Below, piece after piece: positions 57,285 through 64,000 of a DNA stretch of 64,000 nucleotides. The notes beneath the pieces were generated by a model. It worked only from the letters and a program-made list of their open reading frames with translations, did not search any database and was not told where the DNA came from. This DNA is from an uncultured Candidatus Saccharibacteria bacterium (GTDB lineage Bacteria > Patescibacteriota > UBA1384 > CAILIB01): positions 361,929-425,928 of the forward strand of contig CAZQKK010000001.1 in the NCBI GenBank assembly GCA_964593885.1, written 5' to 3'. The translations under genes and the position numbers were made by a program. How positions within the stretch are numbered: the first letter of the stretch is position 1; the number at the start of each line of letters is the position of its first letter.

Positions 57285-58337
57285 CTACAGTGCTGAAATA
57301 TCCTTTACAACCTTGTCTAGAGTGGTGAGTGCTTCCTGCTTCTTGAACTCCCAGCCTGTCTTTGACCTCTCAACCTGAACCTGTTCGTTCTCAAGCTTGA
57401 GCTTCTTAGCCATGAGCTCTTGCTGCTCACGCTCCACATCAACGAGGGCTCCGCTAATCTCAGCATGGCGCTTCTCTAGCTTGCTGAGCTCACTGTTTGC
57501 CAAGGTAATCCAGCGTTCCTGGAGGATGCGCTTAATGTCGCCCGAAACGTCTGGGAGATCTGGGCTATCTGCTGGCTCGATAGGTGTTGCTACAGGCTCT
57601 GCAGCTTTCTCTGCCGTAAACACAACCTCTTCAGGCTTTGGTGTTTCTGGGACCACAACTTCTTCCTTTGGCTCTACCTTTGCTACTACTGGTTCCTGGA
57701 CAGGTGCTACGGGATTTTCAGGTTTAGGAGTCTCAGGTGCCGGAGTTGAAGGGACTACAAAGGTAGCGGGTTCATGACTTTCAACTGAAGCTGGTTCAGA
57801 AGCGGTAGGAGCTACCTGCTCTACAACAGGAGCTTCCTCTACCTTTACAGCTTCTGGGCTGGCTGGCTCACTGTCTACAGAACTTGGGGCTGGGGTAAAC
57901 GAGAAGGATGGCTCCTGGGGAGCTGGTTGCTCCATTGAACTGCTGAGGGCTTCACTGAGGAGGTCACCGGCGTTACCAAGCCTATCGCTCATGGTAATGG
58001 TTGCACCTTGATCCTGTGGGGTAGCTGGTGCTTCTGCTGCCTTTTCCTCAACCTTCTCTACTACAGGCTGAGCAGTTGGGGTTACTGGGATTTCAGGGAG
58101 CTGTGGCAGAGGTGGAGCAGGAGGGGTAGGTGGAACTGGGGTGGCTACTGGAGCAGGTTCTTTGGCTTCAACAAAGACTACCCTGGCTGGCTGGCTGGCA
58201 GCAACAGGAGGAGTTGGTGCAGGGGCTGCTGGCGTTGGTGGTGGTGGAGGTGTGGGGAGTGAACCTGAAGAACCTCCTGCAGCTGGTACAGGTGGTGGAG
58301 TTGTCTGCTGGTCTCCCATTAGCCACTTCATGATCAT
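57285..58337 (-). CDS. Pro/Ala/Glu-rich protein with C-terminal coiled-coil, hypothetical.
   Basis: Extended PPxP/TPxP repeats and a C-terminal heptad-like region. Confidence 0.5.
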   Translation of the reverse strand: MIMKWLMGDQQTTPPPVPAAGGSSGSLPTPPPPPTPAAPAPTPPVAASQPARVVFVEAKEPAPVATPVPPTPPAPPLPQLPEIPVTPTAQPVVEKVEEKAAEAPATPQDQGATITMSDRLGNAGDLLSEALSSSMEQPAPQEPSFSFTPAPSSVDSEPASPEAVKVEEAPVVEQVAPTASEPASVESHEPATFVVPSTPAPETPKPENPVAPVQEPVVAKVEPKEEVVVPETPKPEEVVFTAEKAAEPVATPIEPADSPDLPDVSGDIKRILQERWITLANSELSKLEKRHAEISGALVDVEREQQELMAKKLKLENEQVQVERSKTGWEFKKQEALTTLDKVVKDISAL

Positions 58338-58404
58338 GGTACTGCCCCTCTTGAGTTAACCACTAGTGTAAAACAAGTATAGCATTGTATGTGGGGACGA
58401 TTCA

Positions 58405-58440
58405 ACAAAAAAACCGGCTAGTTTGGGGCCGGTTTTTTTA
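58405..58440. terminator. Bidirectional terminator downstream of efp.
   Basis: AAAAAAACCGGC-loop-GCCGGTTTTTTT. Confidence 0.55.
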
Positions 58441-58455
58441 TCTGACCTACCTGGG

Positions 58456-59016
58456 CTACTTTGCGCGCTCTACGTACGTTCCCTCGTCGGTGTTAACCCT
58501 GATCTTTTCGCCAATCTTGATGAAGAGTGGAACGGTAATGACGGCTCCAGTTTCAAGGGTGGCAGGTTTGGTGCCACCAGTGGCGGTGTCTCCTTTTACA
58601 CCTGGCTCGGTGTGGGTGACCTCAAAGTCCATCTTGATGGGGAATACGACACTCACCGGTTTATCTTCGTAGAAGAGAATCTGGATGTCGCTACCTTCCT
58701 TGAGGAAGCGAGACTTTGGTCCTACTTCTTCAGGGGAGAGGGTGAACTGTTCAAAGCTGGTGCTATCCATGAATGCGTAGCCATTTCCCTCTTGGTAGAG
58801 GTAGGTGCAAGCACGTCTATCGAGGACGGCTTCTTCAAACTTATCGCTGCTCTTGAAGGTAATATCTACTACAGCACCAGTTTTGAGGTTGCGGAGCTTG
58901 GTTCTGAGAACAGCTCCACCACGCCCCATTTTACTGTGCTGGTAGTCCAGGACAACAAACGGACTTCCGTCCATGTCGATGCTGGTACCGGTTTTGAGGT
59001 CCGTAATACTCAACAT
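58456..59016 (-). CDS. efp: Elongation factor P.
   Basis: Three-domain EF-P pattern with the ..GDTATGGTKPATLETGA.. motif. Arg occupies the loop position that is Lys34 in E. coli. Confidence 0.9.
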   Translation of the reverse strand: MLSITDLKTGTSIDMDGSPFVVLDYQHSKMGRGGAVLRTKLRNLKTGAVVDITFKSSDKFEEAVLDRRACTYLYQEGNGYAFMDSTSFEQFTLSPEEVGPKSRFLKEGSDIQILFYEDKPVSVVFPIKMDFEVTHTEPGVKGDTATGGTKPATLETGAVITVPLFIKIGEKIRVNTDEGTYVERAK

Positions 59017-59026
59017 ACAACGGAGC

Positions 59027-59272
59027 TTAGCGCTTTACGAAAGGCAGGAGGGCGAGGTGACGGGCACGCTTGATAGCGGTACCAATCATTCGCTGGGTAA
59101 CAGGAGCGTTTCCGCTTCGGCGGCGAGACTCAATCTGGCCGAACTCGTTGGTGTAACGCTTGATGAGCGCAAGGTTCTTGTGGTCAATTTCCTTGACGGC
59201 TCTGGTTACGGTTGCGCGACGGGTTCGCTTGATAGGGTAGCCACCCTTGAGAACAGGTTTACGTGGAGGCAT
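59027..59272 (-). CDS. rpsR: 30S ribosomal protein S18.
   Basis: Conserved S18 core (RRSGNAPVTQRMIGTAIKRARHLALLPF). Confidence 0.85.
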   Translation of the reverse strand: MPPRKPVLKGGYPIKRTRRATVTRAVKEIDHKNLALIKRYTNEFGQIESRRRSGNAPVTQRMIGTAIKRARHLALLPFVKR

Positions 59273-59281
59273 GAAAGTTGG

Positions 59282-59761
59282 TTAAAATGGAATGTCGTCA
59301 ATGTTGATTTCCTCTTCTGGGTTTGCCTTCTTTGGGGCTTTGCCAGCTGCAGGCTTGCTAGAAGAAACAGGGCTGCTTGGAGCGAAATCGTCACCTGAGG
59401 CTGAGGCGCCTCCGCTGAGATTCTTGTTTACCGCATCTGGTCCGATGACCGTGTCTGCGACAATCTCAGTCTTGTACTTTTTCTGACCGTCTGGGGCTTC
59501 CCATGAACGGGTCTGAAGTCTTCCGGCGATGAATACTCGCTCACCTTTGTGGAGTACCTGGCTGCAACGTTCTCCGATCTGGCCCCAGACAACGATGTCG
59601 TGGTACTCAGGTGGGGAGTCTACCCAGTTGCCGGTTTGGTCCTTGTAGCGCCTGTTGGTGGCGACGGCAAACGAGGTGACAGCCTGCTGGCTAGGGGTAA
59701 AACGGAGCTCAGGATCTCTGGTAAGGTTTCCGATGACTTCAACGCGGTTGAGATTCTGCAT
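59282..59761 (-). CDS. ssb: Single-stranded DNA-binding protein.
   Basis: OB-fold N-terminus and acidic C-terminal tip DDIPF. Confidence 0.9.
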   Translation of the reverse strand: MQNLNRVEVIGNLTRDPELRFTPSQQAVTSFAVATNRRYKDQTGNWVDSPPEYHDIVVWGQIGERCSQVLHKGERVFIAGRLQTRSWEAPDGQKKYKTEIVADTVIGPDAVNKNLSGGASASGDDFAPSSPVSSSKPAAGKAPKKANPEEEINIDDIPF

Positions 59762-59777
59762 GGTGCGAAATTAAGAT

Positions 59778-60326
59778 TTACGCTTCGTCCTTGAGAATGT
59801 CGCCGAGAGCGGCGTCTAGCTTTTCCATACGCTCTTCTTCGCTCTGATCGTCCTCTGCAACTACCTCAGTTTTAGCAGCCTTCTTAGCAGGCTTGCTTGA
59901 GGTGCGGCGGAGCTCTTCTTCAGCTCCAGCGGCTTCAGTTGATTCTGCTGCTGCACCACGCTTGTTACCTCTAGCTGGCTTCTCGTCTTCTTCCTTTACA
60001 GGGTAGAGACTGCCAGGCTGGGCTGAGGTGTAGGCGATGGTAACGAGACTGCGAAGAATCTTTTCATCAAACCTGAGGAGTTTTTCAAGAGCGTTCACCT
60101 TGTCTGCTGGGAGTTCAAACCAGAAGGTGGTGTAGAAACCGTTGAGGTTTCGTTTGATAGGGTAGGCGAGCTCGCGCTTGCCCCAGAGCTCTGATTTGCT
60201 GACGCTTCCACCAAAACCCTTAACGGTTTCAGTGAGGGTAGCCAACTTTTCTTTGGCTGTGGTCTCGGTTGCATCTTCTCCGAGGAGGAAGGTGGCTTCG
60301 TAGTTTTTTAGTGAGGGGGTACGCAT
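59778..60326 (-). CDS. rpsF: 30S ribosomal protein S6 with acidic C-terminal extension.
   Basis: YEATFLL...LAYPIKRNLNGFY; start at the ATG at 60326. Confidence 0.85.
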   Translation of the reverse strand: MRTPSLKNYEATFLLGEDATETTAKEKLATLTETVKGFGGSVSKSELWGKRELAYPIKRNLNGFYTTFWFELPADKVNALEKLLRFDEKILRSLVTIAYTSAQPGSLYPVKEEDEKPARGNKRGAAAESTEAAGAEEELRRTSSKPAKKAAKTEVVAEDDQSEEERMEKLDAALGDILKDEA

Positions 60327-60433
60327 ACACAAAAGAGCGGACTGCTCAGAGTAGTTTAGCTAGATACAATGTTGGTGGAGCAATAACCAATGGCTTCGCT
60401 ACTGTACCAGATTAGATTGGGCTGGGCAAGTAG

Positions 60434-60826
60434 CTAAAGTTGGTTGGGTTCACTGTGTGCGTTAAGCCACACGGCCATTTGGGTTTCATCTACCTTATCG
60501 GTGGCAACTTTGAGGGCGAAATCAACGATTTCCCCTGTTGCTGCCTTGAAAGTGTGCCCATTACTTTCCAAGAAAAAAATAGTGGTTACGATGCCGGTTC
60601 GCTTATTTGCATCTCGAAAAGGGTGATTTTTGATTAATGAATGACAGAGCACTGCAGCCTTCATAAAAATATCTGTATATGTCTCATAGTCACCGAAACC
60701 AGCAGCAGGTCTAGCGAGTGCTGATTCCAAAAGTCCTATGTCACGTACGCCAGGTAACCCACCAAATTTGGAGAGTTGTTCTTCATGAATATAGTGGACA
60801 GTTTCGATTGTGACGTACGTTACCAT
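60434..60826 (-). CDS. doc: Doc/Fic-family toxin (death-on-curing).
   Basis: Fic/Doc motif HPFRDANKRTG. Confidence 0.8.
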   Translation of the reverse strand: MVTYVTIETVHYIHEEQLSKFGGLPGVRDIGLLESALARPAAGFGDYETYTDIFMKAAVLCHSLIKNHPFRDANKRTGIVTTIFFLESNGHTFKAATGEIVDFALKVATDKVDETQMAVWLNAHSEPNQL

Positions 60827-60829
60827 TAT

Positions 60830-61063
60830 CTACTTATCTGCAAGGGTGCGCAGATCCTCCTGAAATCTTTTTGTAATTGAGTTTACTTGAGCAATTATCT
60901 CCGGTGTAATCGTAGGGGATGTATTAGCGTCTGTACCAGTAATTTTCGCTGTGTTCTTCCCATGTTTCATAACAATGTATTCTGTCTCAGAAAACGAGAC
61001 TTCGTCTATGATCTCAGCAAAACGCTTCCTGGCTTCAGCGGCAGAGATAGTTTTAGTTGTCAT
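60830..61063 (-). CDS. phd: Phd/YefM-family antitoxin.
   Basis: 77 aa, N-terminus TISAAEARKRFAEIIDEV, immediately upstream of doc. Confidence 0.75.
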   Translation of the reverse strand: MTTKTISAAEARKRFAEIIDEVSFSETEYIVMKHGKNTAKITGTDANTSPTITPEIIAQVNSITKRFQEDLRTLADK

Positions 61064-61084
61064 AGAGACTAATGGTGAATAATT

Positions 61085-61099
61085 TGTACAAATTGTACA
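61085..61099. promoter_or_regulatory. Putative phd-doc operator: two TGTACA palindromes spaced by AAT.
   Basis: TGTACAAATTGTACA lies 22 nt upstream of the phd start in an AT-rich promoter region. Confidence 0.4.
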
Positions 61100-61234
61100 T
61101 AATTAAACCTCACTAGTCAAGAAGTACCAGCTCACGCACCTTACTCACCAGGTTTGCATACTTGACAAAAGTGCCGTTTAGCCGTATACTTATATAATTT
61201 CTTGAAACAAAAAAACAAAAAGAAAAGAGGTGAC

Positions 61235-61420
61235 ATGGCCACAGTAACAACCACAACTCAAACCGAGGCAAGCATCGTTCAAAAGAAGCTCGAGAGTCTT
61301 AGGGGACTTACCAAGCAGCACGAGGCACGCATTAAGCAGATTAAGGACTTTGTAGGTCAGCCAGTAGACGTAAATAAGCCAATCCCACTCTTCCAGCAGC
61401 TGAAGCGTTGGACTACCTAA
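61235..61420 (+). CDS. Small hypothetical protein (61 aa).
   Basis: Strong SD AAGAGGTGAC before the ATG. Confidence 0.35.
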   Translation: MATVTTTTQTEASIVQKKLESLRGLTKQHEARIKQIKDFVGQPVDVNKPIPLFQQLKRWTT

Positions 61421-62454
61421 GCCTCAACGTCCTGGATAGTATTGCTACTAGTAGCCTCTCCCTCTGGAGAGGTTTCTTTGTGGTCGGGGGAACCTTCGTG
61501 GAGCTGTTTACCGTGAAACTTACTGTGCACCTCGTGGAGCTGGCTGTTGGTGATGTGGGTGTAGATCTGGGTGGTGGTGATTGAAGCGTGCCCGAGGAGG
61601 GTTTGGACGCTACGGATGTCGGCACCATTGAGGAGGAGGTCGGTGGCGAAGGAGTGTCTCAGGGTGTGGGGAGTAACCTTCTTCACGAGACCCGCAACCA
61701 CTGCGTGTTTCTCGATTGCCCTCTCGATACTACGAGGGGTGAGGGCTGTTGCTTGAGATTCAACCTTGGGTGAAGGCTGGTCTCCAACACCTTTTCCTCG
61801 GTACCCAACAAAGGCTGAGTTTAGGTCATCGCATCGCCTATCGATGTATGCCTGGTACCACTCGGCAGCGCGGGGAGAGATGAAGACAATTCTCTCCTTT
61901 CGTCCCTTACCAACAACCCTCATTTCACCTGTGGAAGTGTTGATTCGCTCCCGGGTGAGGGAGGCAAGCTCACTGACTCGCAAACCTGTTGAGAAGAAGA
62001 GCTCCATGATCGCCCTGTCGCGCAAACCTGTCATGGTGGTCTCGTCAGGGGTGGTGAGGAGAGTCTCAAGCTCATCGGCAGTCATGAAGGAAACCTCACG
62101 CGGATCTAGTTTGGGGAGCTCAAGCTGATCTGCTGAGAGGGTGGCGAGACCACGCTTCCTGGCGTACCTGAAGAGAGACCTGAGGGCTACCACGTGGTAG
62201 CTCTGGGTTTGAAGCTCGAGGGGATCGTTTCGTTCATCTAGGTAGTTGTGGAGGTAGAGCCTGAACTTTCGTACCTGATCCAGGGTGATACTCTCAATTT
62301 CTACGTCTTTCTTGACCCAGGTGGCAAACCGGTTGAAGTAGTGCTGGTAGAGGGCGATGGTTCTTGGGGAACGGTTCTTCTCAACAGCGAGGTGCTCGAG
62401 GAAATCAGATATGGCGGTGGAGAGCTGCATACCAGCATGATACACTGGATGCAT
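61417..62454 (-). CDS. xerC: Tyrosine site-specific recombinase (XerC/XerD family).
   Basis: Catalytic blocks GLRVSEL and HTLRHSFATDLLLNGADIRSVQTLLGHASITTTQIYTH. Confidence 0.8.
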   Translation of the reverse strand: MHPVYHAGMQLSTAISDFLEHLAVEKNRSPRTIALYQHYFNRFATWVKKDVEIESITLDQVRKFRLYLHNYLDERNDPLELQTQSYHVVALRSLFRYARKRGLATLSADQLELPKLDPREVSFMTADELETLLTTPDETTMTGLRDRAIMELFFSTGLRVSELASLTRERINTSTGEMRVVGKGRKERIVFISPRAAEWYQAYIDRRCDDLNSAFVGYRGKGVGDQPSPKVESQATALTPRSIERAIEKHAVVAGLVKKVTPHTLRHSFATDLLLNGADIRSVQTLLGHASITTTQIYTHITNSQLHEVHSKFHGKQLHEGSPDHKETSPEGEATSSNTIQDVEA

Positions 62455-63022
62455 GTTTCCCGCAGTACATGCCCTAGACTATAACGTCTCAAAATGGCTG
62501 GTAGACTTTGGGATTAGTCACCAGTGGTTTGGCTTTGCTTCCTACGTTTGTGCACAGCTCATCATCTACGTGATGGCGGCTAACTTAGCGCTCATGTGGT
62601 ACCAGCGTGGTGGTAACGGGGCACCTCGCCAGTTGGGGAGTAGGAAGGCTGTGGTCTTGGCGCTTATGGGAGTGGTGTTTGTAGTAGCGCTCAAGAGCGC
62701 CATCGTGATGTTTCTCTTTAGGGAACGTCCTTTTGTTTCGCACCCAGATATCTTTGCGCTCCCTATTCCTGTAGACCCAGGTAGTTTCCCATCGGCTCAT
62801 GCCATGGTTGCGGCGGTGATTGCGTGCTCACTCTGGTTCAGTAAGATGCCAGGTAGGGCAGCTGTAGCCACAGTACTGGCTCTCCTTGTAGGATTTGGGA
62901 GGGTGGCAGTTGGGGTGCACTACACCACAGATGTGTTAGGAGGCTTCCTTCTGGCTTTCCTGGTTGCCTACTTCCTCCACAGTGAATCAAGTAGCATTAA
63001 GCACTACCTACCTAACGAGTAG
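62453..63022 (+). CDS. PAP2-family membrane phosphatase.
   Basis: PSAHA and SRVAVGVHYTTDV motifs. Confidence 0.7.
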   Translation: MFPAVHALDYNVSKWLVDFGISHQWFGFASYVCAQLIIYVMAANLALMWYQRGGNGAPRQLGSRKAVVLALMGVVFVVALKSAIVMFLFRERPFVSHPDIFALPIPVDPGSFPSAHAMVAAVIACSLWFSKMPGRAAVATVLALLVGFGRVAVGVHYTTDVLGGFLLAFLVAYFLHSESSSIKHYLPNE

Positions 63023-63032
63023 GTTGCCACCT

Positions 63033-63179
63033 ATGCCCAACCGAAAACTTCGCTACGTCATTGGTATCCTCCTCCTAGCCCTGATTGGCTACGGGATAGG
63101 GTTTGTTGTAGGAAAGCTGATCGATAAACCCAGCGACGCCCAGATTCAGGCTGAGAGTCAGCCCATTCCTTCTTTCTAA
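63033..63179 (+). CDS. Small TM protein (48 aa), hypothetical.
   Basis: ATG start and a single TM helix. Confidence 0.3.
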   Translation: MPNRKLRYVIGILLLALIGYGIGFVVGKLIDKPSDAQIQAESQPIPSF

Positions 63180-63194
63180 GCCACCTGGCATACT

Positions 63195-64000
63195 GTGGAG
63201 GTGTCTACCCTCCTCCAAGACCTCAACGAACAGCAGCAGCTAGCCGTCACCACCATTCAGGGTCCGGTGCTCATTTTGGCAGGAGCGGGGAGTGGTAAAA
63301 CCAAGGCTCTCACCCACCGCTTCGCCTACCTCATGCAGGAACAGGGTGTCAGCCCACTCCAGATGCTCTGTGTGACTTTCACCAACAAAGCGGCAAACGA
63401 GATGCGAATCAGGGTAGCTAGGCTCTTAGGGGGCGATGATGCGCCAGGGCGCTTTCCGTGGCTTGGTACCTTCCACTCGGTGTGCGGCAGAATCCTCAGG
63501 CGCGAGCTAGACCTGGCGGGGATGGGAATCAGCTCACGGTTTGTGATCTTTGACGAAGGAGATTCGCTCTCGGCGGTGAAGCGGGCTATGACTGAGCTCA
63601 ACCTAGACCCGAAGCAGTTCAACCCTCGCGCAATCCTTGGACAAATTGGCGGAGCGAAGAACGAGATGCTCAGCCCTCAAGACTATGCCAAGTTTGCCAC
63701 AGGTTTTTTCCAGCAGGTGGTGCACAAGGTGTACGTGAGGTACCAAGAGCTCCTGAAGGCTGGTAATGCCCTAGATTTTGACGACATCCTCCTCACCACC
63801 ATCAGGCTCTTCGACAAGAACCCAGAAATCCTCAGGAAGTACCAAGAGCGTTTCAGGTACATCATGGTTGATGAGTACCAGGACACCAACAAGGCACAGT
63901 ACCGCTTGGTGAAAATTCTGGCAGCTGCCCACCGTAACCTCTTTGTGATTGGGGATGACTGGCAGTCTGTCTACTCTTGGCGCGGTGCAGACTTTAGGAA
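63195..64000 (+). CDS. ATP-dependent DNA helicase, UvrD/PcrA/Rep family (3' end beyond the window).
   Basis: Q-motif region and Walker A LILAGAGSGKT, then TFTNKAANEM and DEYQDTN motifs. GTG start at about 63195-63201; the frame is open to the window end. Confidence 0.8.
   Translation, partial: MEVSTLLQDLNEQQQLAVTTIQGPVLILAGAGSGKTKALTHRFAYLMQEQGVSPLQMLCVTFTNKAANEMRIRVARLLGGDDAPGRFPWLGTFHSVCGRILRRELDLAGMGISSRFVIFDEGDSLSAVKRAMTELNLDPKQFNPRAILGQIGGAKNEMLSPQDYAKFATGFFQQVVHKVYVRYQELLKAGNALDFDDILLTTIRLFDKNPEILRKYQERFRYIMVDEYQDTNKAQYRLVKILAAAHRNLFVIGDDWQSVYSWRGADFR

Noticed and set aside
58423-59073. 216-aa plus-strand ORF.
   Set aside because: It lies wholly antisense to efp, which has strong conserved EF-P motifs.

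Overview
This is a 64-kb bacterial chromosomal window of about 50% GC, densely coded on both strands, with no CRISPR array and no obvious IS or transposon. Pilus genes, giant surface proteins and many small membrane proteins are consistent with a Patescibacteria/CPR-like or other reduced-genome bacterium; this lineage call is inference only. The main blocks, in order:
(1) 1-4899: surface-protein operon. A partial Gly/Ser/Thr-rich large secreted protein, a small TM protein, a secreted Ser/Gly-rich protein and a signal-peptide protein with a C-terminal TM anchor.
(2) 5120-14920: a 2447-aa giant Kelch-like beta-propeller/FN3 surface protein, translationally coupled to a MacB/FtsEX-like ABC ATPase, an FtsX-like permease and a small membrane protein.
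(3) 14925-18685: envelope genes (membrane protein, galU, flippase-like membrane protein, alr).
(4) 18713-20497 (-): PlsY fused to an acyl-ACP-reductase (AAR)-like domain.
(5) 20623-32798: alpha-glucan island (GH15-like, GlgP, GDE-like, GT3 glycogen synthase, GH57, GT4/5-like, secreted clan GH-A hydrolase).
(6) 33116-35186: membrane protein, mscL, a tRNA-like tandem pair, ferredoxin-like.
(7) dnaX (-), divergent from a type IV pilus operon: pilB carrying an HU-fold N-terminal domain, pilC, pilM, pilN, pilO-like and a small TM protein.
(8) 42592-49725: response regulator, histidine kinase, ThiF/E1-like and PaaK-like adenylating enzyme (all minus), divergent from an NAD-binding protein and an RNHCP protein.
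(9) nudix, trpS, dnaB.
(10) 52678-52980: consensus promoter driving a structured RNA that ends in tandem terminators, followed by a fatty-acid-hydroxylase family gene.
(11) groES-groEL behind a palindromic operator.
(12) efp, rpsR, ssb, rpsF (minus).
(13) phd-doc toxin-antitoxin, XerC/D-like recombinase, PAP2 phosphatase and a partial UvrD/PcrA helicase.
The most unusual items are the PlsY-AAR fusion, the HU-PilB fusion, the E1-like/adenylase module linked to a two-component system, and the giant-protein/ABC operon.
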